The notes: generated by a model not told the origin, from the sequence alone. Positions 39,708 through 55,469 are shown, numbered from the stretch's first letter. The stretch: DNA of 64,000 nucleotides from the human T2T-CHM13v2.0 reference genome, Homo sapiens (GCF_009914755.1 NC_060926.1), one strand, 5' to 3'. Numbers and translations are program-made.

Positions 39708-39904
39708 CAAACATAAATAAAAAGTCTCGTCATAACACAAGGCCGCTAAACCCACCTTTATGGTTCACAAAGCAAATTCAATATTACCACAACATTCTTC
39801 CTTGCTTACCTGGCATTCATCATGATTCTTATTAGGCCTGTAGCCTTTTATGAGATTTACTAATATCGATGAGGACTAGATTGGTAGATGACAGTTTATA
39901 AGTT

Positions 39905-40015
39905 CTTCCTTCCACCTTTCCTCCCTCCCCCTCTCCCTTCCTTCCTTCCTTCCCTCCTTCCTCCCTCCCTTCCTTCCCTCCTTCCTTCCTCCCTTCCTTC
40001 CTCTGTCCCTTTCTT
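39905..40015. repeat. (CCTT/CCCT)n polypyrimidine tract
   Basis: Visible directly. Confidence 0.9.
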
Positions 40016-40599
40016 CTTTTAAAAAACTGTCATTGAATACCTATAATTCATATTGTACTACTAAGTTTTGTGAAGGATTCCAAAAAGCATAGATGAAGGT
40101 ATCTTTGCCCTTAAGAATGTTGTACCTTGGAAAATGAAATAAAAGCACAGGAAATGTTAAACATTAAATGTCAAATGTTAATAACAACAACAACAATAAT
40201 ACAGTATATGCCACAAGTTAGAGTAAGGACCATTAAATTCCAAAAGGACAATACAGAGTAGATGCTATGTGCTCAGAGCAGGGAAAGAGTGTAAGCTCAG
40301 GAGATGTTTTGCAGAAGTGATAGGACTATGATAGAGCTTTTATGAAAATGTATGTTTGGGATAAATGGAATTAAGGTAAAGGAGAAATAGGTAAAAGGTA
40401 ATAGGTAAAAGAAGAGTGTCTGTAAGCTTCTTCCTGTTGGAGAACATCCGTCTGCTACCTCTTTAGAGCTGAGAATAAATATGCCTTTTGCCACTGAATG
40501 TTCAACAGAGGGCCTGGGACCACATGGTATCTGCCGAACAAATGCTGAATGCAAAGATAGGATTCCAAACAAAGCCACAAGAGCATACACACTTACTTC

Positions 40600-40609
40600 G
40601 TGTGTGTGT

Positions 40610-40646
<37 letters not shown>

Positions 40647-40648
40647 GT
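40600..40648. repeat. (TG)n microsatellite
   Basis: Visible directly. Confidence 0.95.
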
Positions 40649-42067
40649 ATCTGTATACTTTAATATGGAAGAGTTAGGGAGCAAAGTGATTTGTTTTCTG
40701 CCTTGCTTTGACTACATCTATAATGGCTACTGAAGAGAGAGCTGTAAGCCACTGTCAGGGAAGAGAAATACTTTAGGGGAAGATGAGCGATAAGGACAGG
40801 GAGGTTTATTGCTCACAACTTACATAATTATAGACCCCAAACAAGAAGCCACCTTATGGCCCCAAGCTTTCTAATTGTTTTTTCAAGTAAAGTGGAATGA
40901 ATAAGTTCCTAACATTCCCTTTTTAAGAGCTGTTCTTGAATTGGGAATATTTCTTTTATTACAATCAAGGGAATATATATCAGGATAAGGTAAGTCGTCC
41001 AGTTCTAGCCCAATACCACAGCCAGGAGCAGTCTATGAGGGAAAGTAGTCCCAAACCCACACCTGTCCAAGTTCCCAACTTGGAAAAAAAATTTTAAGAA
41101 ACAGTCTGTCAAACTGTTCTACTTTACCTAAGATTATGGTAGCTACATAGGAAATAAAACAATGATATTCTCTACCCCTGAGACTTTTTTTTTCCTTGTG
41201 GTGAGCTTGGTTCAATTTAGATGGAAGAATTGTCTTTTATCTTTCCTGCTTGTAAATACTAATATGTAATCTGATTGGTTCAGCTGTCAATACTTTTACA
41301 TTTCTTCCTGACAGCATAGTTGCGCATAGGCACCAAAGTTTGAGATCTTATTGCTAATTTGCCAGATTTATTGGGTTATTTTTTTATTACACTCTTCGGG
41401 GGTAAAAGTAGAAAAAAATCCAATTTCTGATGCAGCTTTAATCTAGTGAATACTGCTGGAAACTAATAGAAAAGCAGCCATAAATTCAGCATGCACAAAG
41501 AGTGCTGGATGGGTGATGGAGATAGAAAGGAGGTTTGTTCGTGTCAGATTTAGAAAGCAGGCATCTGTATTTCTCAATGATAAGGGATACAATGTAATAG
41601 GCAGCTACAGAAGTGCACAAATGGCAGGGGATTTTATGACTAATCCATTTATTTTCTTGAGTCTGCAACAATTATCACATGAGCTTGATGTTATGCTCTT
41701 TAATTATGAAGCTTCAGGTCCCAGGGTGCCCAAGGAGTGTGTACCTACTTCTCGTAAGACTCAGGTCAACAGGTTGCTATTGTCTTCTCAACCCACAACC
41801 TTGGGCAGCTCTCTTCAGTAATCCTGGCTATGAGGTGACTGTGAGGGGAAAAGGCAAGTCATCCTGCTCAGTGCCCTCAGAACATGCTTTTTTTCTTTCA
41901 GTATCTACAGTGCCTAGAACTGTGCCTGGACAAAGAAGACCTGAAGTACACATTTGTTGAACTGAGTCTCTTTTAATGTCTAGTAAGCCTGGTGCTATAA
42001 CTTTATCCTTATGCAGTCAGCAAATATTCGAATATACACTGAGAGAATCCCCAGAAAAAATGAGTAC

Positions 42068-42752
42068 TATAATGGTTAAGAGTACTATTATGGTTTGGAC
42101 TATGATTGGTCAACTTGACTGGGTCTTCACCCAGATACCCAGATAGTTGGTAAAACATTATTTCTGAGTGTGTCTGTGAGGGTGTTTCTGGAATAGATTA
42201 GTATTCAAATCAGTAGACTGAGTAAATAAGATCCAACCTCACTCCCCAGTGTGGGCAGGCATCATCTAATCTATTGATGGCCGAATTAGAACAAAAAGGT
42301 GGAGAAAGGGTGAATTTTATCTATCTTTCCTTAACCTGGAACATCCATCTTCTGGTACCCTCAGACATCCAGAGACACTTGTGGCCCCTCCTGGTTCTTG
42401 GTCCTTTGGCCTCAGACTGTGAGTTAGAGCATCAGCTTCCCTGGTTCAGAACTTTGGAGTCAGGCTAAATTATAACACTGGCTTTTCTGGTTCTCCAGCT
42501 TGCAGATGGTATGTTGTGGGACTTCCTTGCCCCCATAATTGTGTGAGTCAATTCCCATAATAAATATATATATGTATTATATATAAATATAAATATATAA
42601 TATATAAATATTTTATATAAATATATTATATAATACATTATATATGTTAAATATATATTATATTATATTATATTATATTATATTACATATATACATTTAG
42701 TTCTCTATTTCTCTGTTTGGCTCTGTTTCCCTGGAGAACCCTGACTACTGTA
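42068..42752 (+). mobile_element. MLT2 (ERVL) solo LTR with an internal AT-rich expansion (~42565-42695)
   Basis: GTCAACTTGACTGGG, TGTGTCTGTGAGGGTGTTTCTGG, CTGGAGAACCCTGACTA. 5-bp TSD AGTAC at 42063-42067 and 42753-42757. Confidence 0.88.
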
Positions 42753-44839
42753 AGTACCATTTAATGCCCCATTTTCTCTAACTGGGCTGGAAGAAGTAGA
42801 AAAACAGAGACATTCTCTCTTTGTCTTCTCTATCAGAGCTCTACATGAGTCCTGGTGAATTGCAGAATCCTCAAAAACTCTATTGCTTTTATAGAGTGTT
42901 TTTTAAATGGCCTTTTCCAGTCCTGATCCTTTATCTACTCACTGAAATCATGACTCTGGCCATGTCTAAAAGTCCTAAATCTACACCAAAGAAGCCAAAT
43001 TTCTAATATTCACGTCCAGAACACCAAGATGTAAATGGTAGGGTGAGAATATGCCATTCTGAGGCAGTTCCTAGAATGGTTTCTGCTGTTGTACCCCTGT
43101 GCCTTAGCACAAGCTCTGTCTAGAACTGCAGACTCTGCTGGTTACTGCCTATTAGTTCTACAACACTCAGCCCAGGCTCATGTCTTCTGGGAACCTTTCG
43201 GTGCACTCCACTCCGGGATAGGAACCATTCCTTTTTACTCCTATAAATTTCCATGTGTTCAGAAACTTTATTACTTGCTTCTCTGATTAAGCTGTTGACT
43301 TTAGTTATTCTTACACACAAATATATACACAGAATTATAAACACCTTTAAAGCCAGGTCATGCATTTTATTCATCTCTATTGTCTCTTTAATGACCACAA
43401 TGTTTGGCAGATCCTGGGGATGCAATACATATTTTTGAATAAAAAAGTGAAGCTGTTCCAAAGATACGAGGATTAGGCAAATGAAAATATGGTAGAAGGA
43501 GATAAAGAGTGGAAAGGCTGCTTTGGGTACTTCTTGGATTGATCTAATTTGTAAAATCATTAAAGTCCTAGGTTAAGGATGGTGGGCCTGGGCTCTCTAG
43601 TCACTGGGATGATGACTTCTCTTCTTCGAAAAACTGTTCCATTCCTGTGAGAAGAATGGAACAGTTCTGGTCACTTTCCTGAGCATAGAGACAAACACTA
43701 CCCCAGATTATTCTGTACACAAGAGGCTTAAGGACCAGGATATGCAAGGCCAGACTCACAATAAAGGGAAGGACAGCATCCTTTAGCCCCCTGTCCCACT
43801 TTACCATCTTGAGTGCATAGTCCAATGGACTGGACAGTCCACTGGATCTGTCCAGATGGGCTGACTACCACTAATGGGAAAAATAGTGAATTTCATAGAA
43901 CAAAACAACTTTACAATCCTGAGGGAAAAGATAATACTGTTCCCACAAGCATATTAATACTTATTGAGCCTCTCTTGTTCAGAACCTGTTTCTATAGGTT
44001 ATGTGAGGTTGCATAGACATGCAATGGTAAAAGATATATGACCCAGTTCCTTCTCTCCTGGGGCCCTGAGCTTACAATGTGGCCAATGACAGGGAACAGT
44101 ACAAAGCCACATATGTTGACATATTTATTAAAAGGTGAATAAAATCAAGTGTCATAAATGTATGTTCAGTAAATTACCATGAGTAGATCTGATGAAAAAA
44201 GTAAGTAATGACTGAAGTTATCAGGAGCTGAGAGGTGAGGTTTTTATACTCTTCAGGTTCCAAGGACATTGCAGCCCTTCAGGCTTTGTTTGATTCGTAC
44301 CAGTAGTCTTTCTCATATATGCCTCCAATCTTGTCTCCAGAGTTATCAAATATCTAGCCTCTGGCTCATAGCTGCTGTCTCTACCCCACTGCCTGCCATG
44401 TTTTGAGTGTGATTTCAAGGTCTGCGTGGGCAACTTTCCCCAAACCTTGTATACTTTGTCTCTTGATCTACTCAATTTTAGTGATGTTCATATCTACTCA
44501 TCTTCAGAAATTCTTACTTAGCTCTATCTAGGTTCCGATGTCCCTGTAACTATTCCTACTCTAAGATTTTAAATCCGAGCTCTACGATCACTTAGAGAGT
44601 GAGAGGGGTATGGCTAGACAAGAGGGCAGAGGCAGAACACTGGGGTACCACAGCATTCAGACCTTGAGTAGAGGAGAAGGAGTCAGCAAAGGTCAGTGAG
44701 TCGGAAGAAAACCAGGAGGGCATGGCATCACAGCAGAACAAAGCAAGTTTTTTTGAGACACTGTGGGGTCAATTGTGTCAATGCTATTGAGAGATTGATT
44801 AAGATAATGAGAGAAAAATGGCTGTTGGGTTTATTAATA

Positions 44840-45271
44840 TGTTTGAGGTCAAAAGACAAAGTTACAACAAATTTAAAGATTCAAATTGGCTTTTATTTGT
44901 TATTCCAGAATAAGGCAAAACTTCATTCTTGAAAATAGAATGAGTTTTCTGATGAGCTGACCAGAGGAGGTTGGTTTTACAGACCAAAAAGAGCAGAGAA
45001 AAGCAGAAAGAGGGAACAAATAGCTGATTGGTCATTTCAAAGTTACTTTTCTTATAAAGGTTGAAGCCAAGACTTCCTTATGACACCCACTAAAATTGGC
45101 CTGTTTAGGGATTTGGTTATTATTTCTCTCTCTCCTGATTTCTTGGAAGGTCAGTTAAACAGTTTGGTTTCAGCTTGGTGGCATGGAACTTCAGCATGAA
45201 TGATTCCATTTTGGGTTGGTCTATCGGGAGCTCAGTACAAACCAATGGCCTCCTATAAATTTTATTTAACA
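44840..45271 (-). mobile_element. ERV1-class solo LTR (MER67-like)
   Basis: Minus strand starts TGTTAAATAAAATTTATAGGAGGCCATTGGTTTG. Confidence 0.7.
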
Positions 45272-45521
45272 TTGGTAATCTTGTAAAGTGCAACTTAAAG
45301 CTTTCAGAATGATACCCTGAATCAAGCAAACCTCTAAGTAAATACTCCTAGGAAGGTGCTACTGACTGGAGGCAGAGGGAACAGCAGGAAATGAACCAGC
45401 TTGTACACAATGGAGAGTATGATTTTTGACAAATTGAAATGACTAATCAATTAAGGAACAGACCTGGGAGATTCTACTGAATCTTTAGACAATACTCTAA
45501 AAATGTTGGAGGGAAATTAAG

Positions 45522-45883
45522 TGTCAGGCCTCTGAGCCCAAGCCTGCACATCCAGATGGCCTGAAGCAAGTGAAGAATCACAAAATAAGTGAAAATGGCC
45601 GGTTCCTGCTTTAACTGATGACATTACCTTGTGAAATTCCTTCTCCTGGCTCAGAAGCTCCCCAACTGAGCATCTTGTGACCCCTGCCCCTGCCTGCCAA
45701 AGAACAACCCCCTTTGACTGCAATTTTCCACTACCTACCCAAATCCTATAAAACAGCCCCACCCCTATCTCCCTTTGCTGACTCTCTTTTCAGACTCAGC
45801 CCGCCTGCACCCAGGTTAAATAAACAGCCTTGTTGCTCACACGAAGCCTGTTAGGTGGTCTCTTCACTTGGACACGCGTGACA
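45522..45883 (+). mobile_element. HERV-H LTR7 solo LTR
   Basis: TGTCAGGCCTCTGAGCCCAAGC...CACGCGTGACA. TATA at 45747-45753, AATAAA at 45819-45824. Perfect TSD TTAAG at 45517-45521 and 45884-45888. Confidence 0.95.
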
Positions 45884-47264
45884 TTAAGTAGCCTAAGAAG
45901 GTCAGGAGGACTAAAACAAGCATCAGTTGGGTAGAGACAGGTGGATAGTAGAACCAAAGTGGAGTTCAAATAAGGACTAAAGCTGAAACTAAATATTTCC
46001 TGAACATATGCTGGTCATTTCTCATTACATAAAGAGGAGCTGAAATTTGGATTTGATAAACAACTTCAGGGAGAGAAAGGGATATATAGAAAGGAAGAAA
46101 AAGACTTGAGGCTACAGAGGAATTCAATGGTTAATACTATACTCTGAAAGGGTTTTGTCACATGGAAGAACAAATACATGGAATGTATATAATCTCCTTA
46201 GCTGACCACAACCCTGTGTTCAGACTTTCAGTGTTATGTAGAGAGATTAAAGCATTCTGCCTAAAAAGACCAGGAGAGTCACAATGTCTTCTGAAGTATA
46301 ATTAGACCCACAAGTACAGTGTTGCTTTGGGCCAACTATTTAATTCTCTGAGCTTCAATACATTTATATGTAAATTGAGGAGCAATGTACTCAGTAAGTC
46401 ATAGGAAGCCAGTTACTTTCTCATCTTTTCACTGACCTGCCTAAAGGAAGATAATTATCAAACTGGCCAAACCCAGAACAACCTGTTCCAATGAGGCATA
46501 TATACATTGCAATGGAGCTGTGGGCCCAGCAGAAGGGAGCTTGAAATAGCAATATCCAGAAAAGAGGTGCTGCTGAGACTCCATCTTTAGCCTCATGCAT
46601 TATGCCTTTGTTTTAAAAGAGGCAAAAATCTAAGGAAGGAACTGGAACAATTTGCTCTCGGCTGGTGACAAATCCTGTGGGCTGGTTCATGGCAAAAGGA
46701 GTTGCTATGTCGTTGTCAGTTCCCTCCTCTCTCTTTTCTGATGTGTCAAGACAATTCAAAGACTTTTTTTTTAACTTACTTATGTGATCCTGTATTAAAC
46801 ATGAATTGGAAACATACTGTGTGGTGGGAATAGAAAAATAAACTTGGATGTCATGGTCTCTGCCCTTGAGGAACTCCCAGTCCAGTGAGGAGGATAAATA
46901 TACATAACAGAGTTAAAATAACTGTAGGTGCTGTAACACCTGTATAGTACACAATGTGGGTATATCTCCAAACTCCAGTTCACCTGGCCTGTATGGACAG
47001 TATAGATAATTGACCCTTGGGAGTTCTGTTTGTTAATTCTGCCCACATCTATGTCTTCATTAGACTCTTTAATTTAACATTGTGAGTTTGCCATCTGTAA
47101 TTCTGGAAGAACTTTCAGAGTGCTATAAGTAGCAAACATTTTAAAGTACCTACTTTAAGTCATGAGTAATCCACAAGGCAAGTTTATTAGTGCCATTTCA
47201 CAAATAAGTAAACTGAGGTTCTGAGAGTTCATGTATTTGAACTGAGAGGTCCAATAAATTATCT

Positions 47265-47432
47265 GATTCAGTATATTTCAGAATCATTTTGAAGGTTTTT
47301 TAAAGTTAAGAGTGCTAGTCTTTCCCCCCTGATTCATTAGGTCTGGGTTAAGGCCTTAGAATTTGCATTTCTAACGAGTTTACAGATGATGCTAACTCTA
47401 GTGGTCTAGGGACCACACTTTGGGAACCACGG
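47265..47432. mobile_element. MER5A hAT MITE inside a MIR
   Basis: AGAATTTGCATTTCTAAC...GGGACCACACTTTGGGAACCAC. Confidence 0.8.
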
Positions 47433-47441
47433 CTCTAGTAT

Positions 47442-48151
47442 TGAAAGTGTCTTTACAAAAATTATAACAATGAGAAAAGTATGACAGTAAAAGAGATATA
47501 ACATAACAAACTCTATCTTGCCTTTACCTCCAAATTGTCCTGGGTCATTCCTGAACATGGGCCAAGCTGACTTTGGAAGAAACTTAGTTTATAGTTTAAA
47601 TAATAGCCCTTTCCAAAACTAAACTACCTTTGTAAAACTAGTGAAATACCACCAGGTTAGGAGAATGAGAGGGGTCTCAATTCTGTAAGTGTAGCTAAAC
47701 AATTACCAGCCATGATTCTGGAGGTCACAAGATTTGCAACTTCCCCAGTTACTCCGTAAATAACATCATTATTGTAGAGCCTAAGATTGACCTTTTAAGA
47801 TGTCTTTTCAGACTTTTGCATTTCTGACTGTGACTCCACTCAGACCAACATCTCCTCTGTAGCCCCTACCCAAAGGTGGACTCTGTTCATGAAGACCATT
47901 TTCCACACCTCCGTGATTTCATCCCCAACCAGTCAGCAGCACCCATTCCCTAGCCTCCTGCCTATCAAGCTATCCTTGAAAAATCCTAGCCTCTTAATTT
48001 TTGGGGAGGCTCATTTGCATAATAATAAAACTCCACTTTCATGTTTCACCAGTTCTATGTGTATTAAACTCTTCCTCTATTGCAAATCCCTCGCCTTGAT
48101 AAATCAGGTCTATCTGGGCAGTGGGCAAGAAGAACCCATTGGGTCTTTACA
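47442..48151 (+). mobile_element. LTR8-family (LTR8A/B-like) ERV1 solo LTR
   Basis: TGAAA...TTAGTTTATAGTTTAAATAATAGCCC...GGGCAAGAAGAACCCATTGGGTCTTTACA. Flanks GTAT/ATAT. Confidence 0.85.
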
Positions 48152-49317
48152 ATATTTGTTAGTATCTGGCAGAGCAGGTTTTTGAGACCAAGTCTGTCTG
48201 CCTGTGATAACTATGTCCTTTCTACTACACCATACTTTCTCTTCTTGCATAAGCATTGTTCTTAATGTTTCTTTTATGGAAGCTTAGCTTAACAACAAGA
48301 AGTTACATGGAATTAATTTTAGCAAATAGCAACACTCTACTGCCTTTTCAAAGGAATTGCCATACATTCCAGGACGCCTAGGATAGTTCTGTTTTTTGTC
48401 TATTAATCTTGCATATGCATATTAGTTTTCCATTTTCCTCCAATAAGTGTTCAAGGTTGGATAATACATTATAGGGCTATTCTGCTTTTAGAGATTCACA
48501 GCTCAACAACTCACATTCACATTTTAAAAACTCCAGAAAGTACTTGAAAAGGTTTTTGAACTTCATTTAACCCAGTGTTCTCAAATTTATATAAGCATGG
48601 GACTCCTTTATTCTATGCAGGTAACACCTTTCAATACTTTGGTGAATACTGACCTACATTCATTTTTTTGTATTATCTTTTTAAGTATGTGTACCACTAG
48701 AAAGTGGACTCCTAAGCATTATATCTTACACTCTATATCCTTCTATGGCACCTTGTTGGGTGCATGCCAGGCTCCCAGTCAATGTTTGTTAATTAAAATT
48801 GATTTAGGCAAAAATAAATCCCATATTTTTTTAGTAGAAATGTTATGGGACAGGGAAAAATTTCAGTGTTTACTCACACTCTACAGAGATGTGATCTGTG
48901 AACAGGGCATTGCATCTGGTGGAAAGCAAACCTAAGGCGCCCTATCATCTTTCAACGCAGCTCTAATCTTCTGAGGTGAAATAGACAAATAACAGCTTCC
49001 CCACACCAATAGGCTTATGATTATGAAACGCGTCATCCTGGAAACGTCCTCTTTTAGTAAACCAGTGAGAGAGGAAGGAGTCTCAGCCTTGGACATATCC
49101 ATATCCATGCTGGTTCTTGGGTGACTTTCTTATGTATCACCTTGCTGTTTACTGACAGGTGGAGACAAAGGGCAAAGAATGCTATAGACATCACACACTT
49201 GGGGTTAAAATTGACTTTGTTCACTGACATTATTCATTAAAATAGGCTAATAAATCTAAAATCTCATATAGAGCTTGCTAGGTGTCCAGTACTCTGAAGA
49301 ATTGTTATACATACATG

Positions 49318-49319
<2 letters not shown>

Positions 49320-49362
<43 letters not shown>
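49320..49362. repeat. (CA)n microsatellite inside a MIR remnant
   Basis: About 21 CA units. Confidence 0.95.
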
Positions 49363-49364
<2 letters not shown>

Positions 49365-49929
49365 CTCAGCCTTATCCTATTTATAAAAGTGGATTTGTAA
49401 AAAGTTTCATAGGTTGTACAATTACTGTACACATGAGCCAGTTATATTTGCAAAGAGAGAAATCTTTCTTGGTCCCAAGTCTACTTCTTAATATCCAATA
49501 GACAATTCTCAAATGGCTGTCCAAATGCCAAGGCATAATTCTACAACCAGACCCAAATCCACCTTCTCTTTAAAGATGAATTTATTCACTTTTCTTTCGT
49601 TAACTTTCTTAACCTCATGAATCAACTTACACACCCTCTCTAGGATGACTTCCTTCAACCTCTGTCTGGGCTGATAACCCTTCCGTATGGATGGTGGGAA
49701 TCCTGAGCTAAGCTCTAATGTATCACTTATGTTATATTGAAATTGTCTGTTTATGACATCTGTCTCCAGTGAGTTCCAGACAGGGATGATGTATTGCTCA
49801 TTTATGCACCTAGTGTGACCAGGGTCTAACACAGTACCTGACACATAATTTTTGCTCATTGAATATGTGTCGAATCCAACTGAGCTTTCTACAGGGGGTC
49901 TCATCTGTCACTGAACTCGTAGAACACAT

Positions 49930-50162
49930 TGGTGATATTTCAACAGGGGTGAAATGCCCCCTCAAGAAGGTGAATAGTAATACTTAGAAGGTGATGATAA
50001 TGTAGAAATTAAAATGGTTGTATCTTCCAAAGGGCCACAGTACATAAACAGATGTACAGTATATTTTGGAATTACAAGTTCATGGCAGAGTGTGATTTTT
50101 TATTAAAATGGTTGAAAAGGCTATTTGCCTGGTGATCGTTGATAAAAAGTTGAGAAACACTG
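49930..50162 (-). mobile_element. MER112-like hAT-Charlie element
   Basis: CCAAAGGGCCACAGTACATAAACAGAT...AAAAGTTGAGAAACACTG. Confidence 0.65.
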
Positions 50163-51433
50163 CTTCTGAATAGTGTTTCTAGAAAAATGGCCAAGAGGAC
50201 ATCCCTCCAAAACCAGCTTGAGAGTTTGCTAAAATGTGGATTACAGGCTCCACTGCAGATGTTCTGCCTCACTCACTTGGTAGGTGACAGAGACTAGCAC
50301 ACAGTAGGTGCTCAATAAGTGTCTGCTAAATAATTGTTTGCTCTTCTAATTTCCCATTTCCAGAACAATGACAGGACACCTTTCTTGTAAAGATTCATTC
50401 TTGTCAACTAAGGTTTGCATCTTGCTGACTTATATTCATTGCATTCATTACCCAAGGAAAAGAAAATAGTCCTAGTTGATCTACTGACAATGGAAGAGCA
50501 TCCACAACGTGGGAAAAATCATGCTTACTCAAATTTGGCTGGGTTAAAATGTTAAGCTGGGATAAACACCACATTCTCAGGCCCCACTGTTAACTTCAGA
50601 ATGTGTGTAGGAAAGAAGTCTAAAATTCCTTTCTTTTTTATCCTCAGCCAGAAGTCACTACTTCTAGAAGTTCCTACTTGCCCCATTATCACATGGCTTA
50701 ACTGCTCCAAAGGGCCTCAGCTGAGCCAGGGAAATCAGCTTTTTAAAGGCAATACAAACTTGTGTGAATCACAAAGAGACACACTGAGAGTCTCTTCAGA
50801 GGGTGTCAGAAGATTATGGATTGCTTTTTTTCTATACCTAGTTGTTAATATTCCTTCCAAGGCTAGCAGTGCCTTCTTGCTTTACTCCCTTGGGTGAGCT
50901 CTTTCATCTACCTCTTCTTCCACTCTAGTTTTTCCTTCTGCTATATACCTTGATCTCTTTACTTCCTTCATTCCCATTCAGTGTGTCTGCTTTCCTTTGG
51001 GCAATTATCCTGAATTATTTAACAGTTGTTCCATTTATTTCCTGCTCATTTCATTCCCTTGTTTTCTTTCTTTGTTGGTTTGTCTGGGTTTCCTTCTGCC
51101 CACATATGCAATGCATCCAGCATTTCTCCTCTTTCTAAACCATAAACCATGGTGGATTGTATTTGAACACCAGAAAGGAGAGATGCAGCCCTATGTGGGT
51201 GGTTAGAGGAGGAGCATGCATCAGTGACTTGCTTTTAGGAGATAAATGATTTGATCGTTTTTCGGGGAGCACAGTAGGCAGCCTATAATTAGTAATGAAG
51301 ATACATCTTTCCATCGATTTGCTAGACTGCACAGAACTTGGGTTCACTGTGTCTGCAGTTTTCAAATTTTTTCACTGAGCCTTTCTCCTGGCAACTCTGG
51401 GTCAAAGTAAAAAGAAAGTAATTTTGTTGTTAA

Positions 51434-52829
<1,396 letters not shown>

Positions 52830-53401
52830 GAAAATGATAAAAAGAAAACTGTAAAAATAAGGCAAGAATAAGAAAAGCCATATCAAATTGACAATTATAT
52901 AAATTGGTTATATTTCCCCATTAAAAGACAGAGATGCTGAGCAGGAAAAAAGAAAAAATCCAGCTACCTGCTATTTTGTAAGAGATGTAAAGAGATGTAA
53001 AGTGGGACAAAAGAAATATTTCATATTGGTGAAAGATATGATCCACCAAAATTATAAAACAATGTAGCTTCAGAATACATAAAGGAAAAATGGATAGAAA
53101 GCAGAGGATTTGACAAATCTACAGTGGTAACATATTTTAATGCTCTTTTCTTGGATCAGAGAGAGAAAAATTAGTAAAACTATCAAAGATTTGAATAACC
53201 CAGTTGTAAGCTTGACCATAGGTAATTTGCATTCTTTTCAAATACATGTGGGATATTTATAAAAATTTAACATGCATTAAGCCTCAAAGAGAAATCTCAT
53301 TTTCTAACCGCAATGTAATAGGAACAGAAATTAACAAAAAAAGATAGTCAAAAATAAAAACAAAGAAACAGTAAACTTGAAAGTTAAAAAATTTAAAAAA
53401 A
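52830..53401 (+). mobile_element. L1 3'-transduced segment (degenerate ancient L1M ORF2 5'-region sequence) with a second poly(A)
   Basis: Lies between the L1 A-tail and a second A-run (53395-53405). Right TSD AAAAGGAGAAAGTC at 53402-53415; AATAAA at 53353-53358. Confidence 0.88.
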
Positions 53402-55469
53402 AAAAGGAGAAAGTCCTTTTTCCACATGGCTCCTCACAAATACACATACCCTCATACACATTTGGGAAACTCCTGACATTAGATAAGTTAAGCCTTTGGT
53501 AATCTCTTCCTAAATGCTGTCTTTCCCTCCAGGAGCCTAGCCATGGAAGGCACCCAATGTATTTTCTAGGCTTCTCTCTCTAAATTGGAAGAAAAGAATA
53601 TTATAGGATAAAAATGGCTCAGTATGGAATGAGAGCCTCCTACCAAGGAAGACTGCAATTAAGAGGCACAAAAAGGGAGCCTAATCCACTATAAGCATTT
53701 CAATTTTCTGGCAATCCAGTTTGGGAGAGACTTTAGAGGTAGTGACAGTTACATTGATATTCCCTAAATCCTTGCTGTTATTTTCTCCTACTTTAGCAGT
53801 AAACTGAGGAGGAACCAGCTACGGGCATTTTGATGTCATTTGCCAGATGCTGCTGCTTAGACTGCTCTTTGGCCTAACTTTGTGATAGGGATGCTACCCA
53901 ATTGGGTACTTGTGAGTGCTTCATCCAAATTGACATTCCGTCTGTGGCCATTTACATCCTATTTAATCAAGTATGAAGCTTATTCATTCAACCAATATGT
54001 TCTCAGTTCCTATATGCAAAGCAAAAGGAGTCTTACTGAGTGACACAAATAAAAACAAAATCTAGTCTTCTGTCTCTGCATTCATGGCTGAGTCTCTGTC
54101 CTCTAGTAGGAGACAGAATGTATTCAGGTATTCACTAAATTGTTGTCTCTTTAGAACACCAGAGGCACCTGGTGGTGTTATAGAGTATTTGTTGTGGGGA
54201 ATGAGTTCCAGGGTGAAACAAACGGGGGAAACACGAAATTACACTTGGAAAATCACTGGGAAGTTAAAAAAAAAAAAAGTTTATTCACTACAAAGTCTTG
54301 CAGTAAAGTCTTTGATTTGCTAATGACATAGGAGCTGATCCTTTCAGAGTTTTTCCAGATTTTATCTTGGGAAAGGCTGCCTAGTCCAATGTGGATAGTG
54401 GTTAAGTACTACAAGAGACATATTACAACTTTGGTTTGAGTGAATAGAGGATTATTTTGATGCCTGGAAAATCAACAATTCTAGAGAGAAGATTGTATTT
54501 AAGTGGAACTCTTAAAAGATGGGTAGAATTTAGAATTGGGATTTGTGAGGGCACAACATGTAGAAGAAGGACACCTGAAGATAACATTAAAGAGGTAGGA
54601 AACGACACATACGTGAAAGATTAGGTGAGGTGGACAAAAGAATAGCTTGTGGAAAAGTCAATGGTGGTGGATGAAGGCTGGAAAGATAAATTAAAATTCT
54701 GGAAGATTTGACTCAGATGAAGAAGACTTTTTTTTTTTTTTCGGTATTTGTTTTACAGTAAAAATGATAAGCACTTCCTTTCTGGTCTAAAAAGTCCTCC
54801 AAGAACAATGACCAGCACAGAGTTTAAAAGCGTAGGCAGTAAGAAGAGACTTAGTAGTTTGTGTCCTAGAACAAGCTGTGTCATATTGTACTGATCCTCT
54901 ATTTTCCATCTGAAAAACATGTGGAGGATCATAATGACTCCTTGGGGTATTGTGGTCACTAAATGAATGTTCCATGTAGTATGTTTAGTACAGCATCTGA
55001 TCTATATGTGTGTATGTGCGTGTATGTGTATATATTCTCCCTATATATATATAAAACCTAGCGAATATTAGTTGCTTGAGTTAATACTTCCTGTGAAGAG
55101 AAGTATAAACAATGACTATAGGTAATTTTTTTAAAAATGTAAAACACTGGTCAATTCCATCTGCTTTGATCAGCATCTGTTAATTCTTTCATTTGTAAAG
55201 ATTTCCTGTGACCCAGATTTACACCTATACTTACAAATTTTAAATATGGAAATCTGAACTCATCATGTCTAATTTTCTGTCTTTGGAAATTTTACATTTG
55301 GTAATATCTGCTCTGTCTTTACTGGGTTTGTGGTACAACCATCTCTCTTATATATTCTATAACAATCATCTCTCTTATATGTCCTATAACATGTACATAC
55401 ACAAACACACACACACACACACACAGCACAAACTTATTATGAATCTTACTGACATGATGTGTGGCACAT

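Noticed and set aside
43818-43860. Cluster of short GTCCA/TGGAC inverted repeats
   Set aside because: Stems are only 5-6 bp; not distinguishable from chance.
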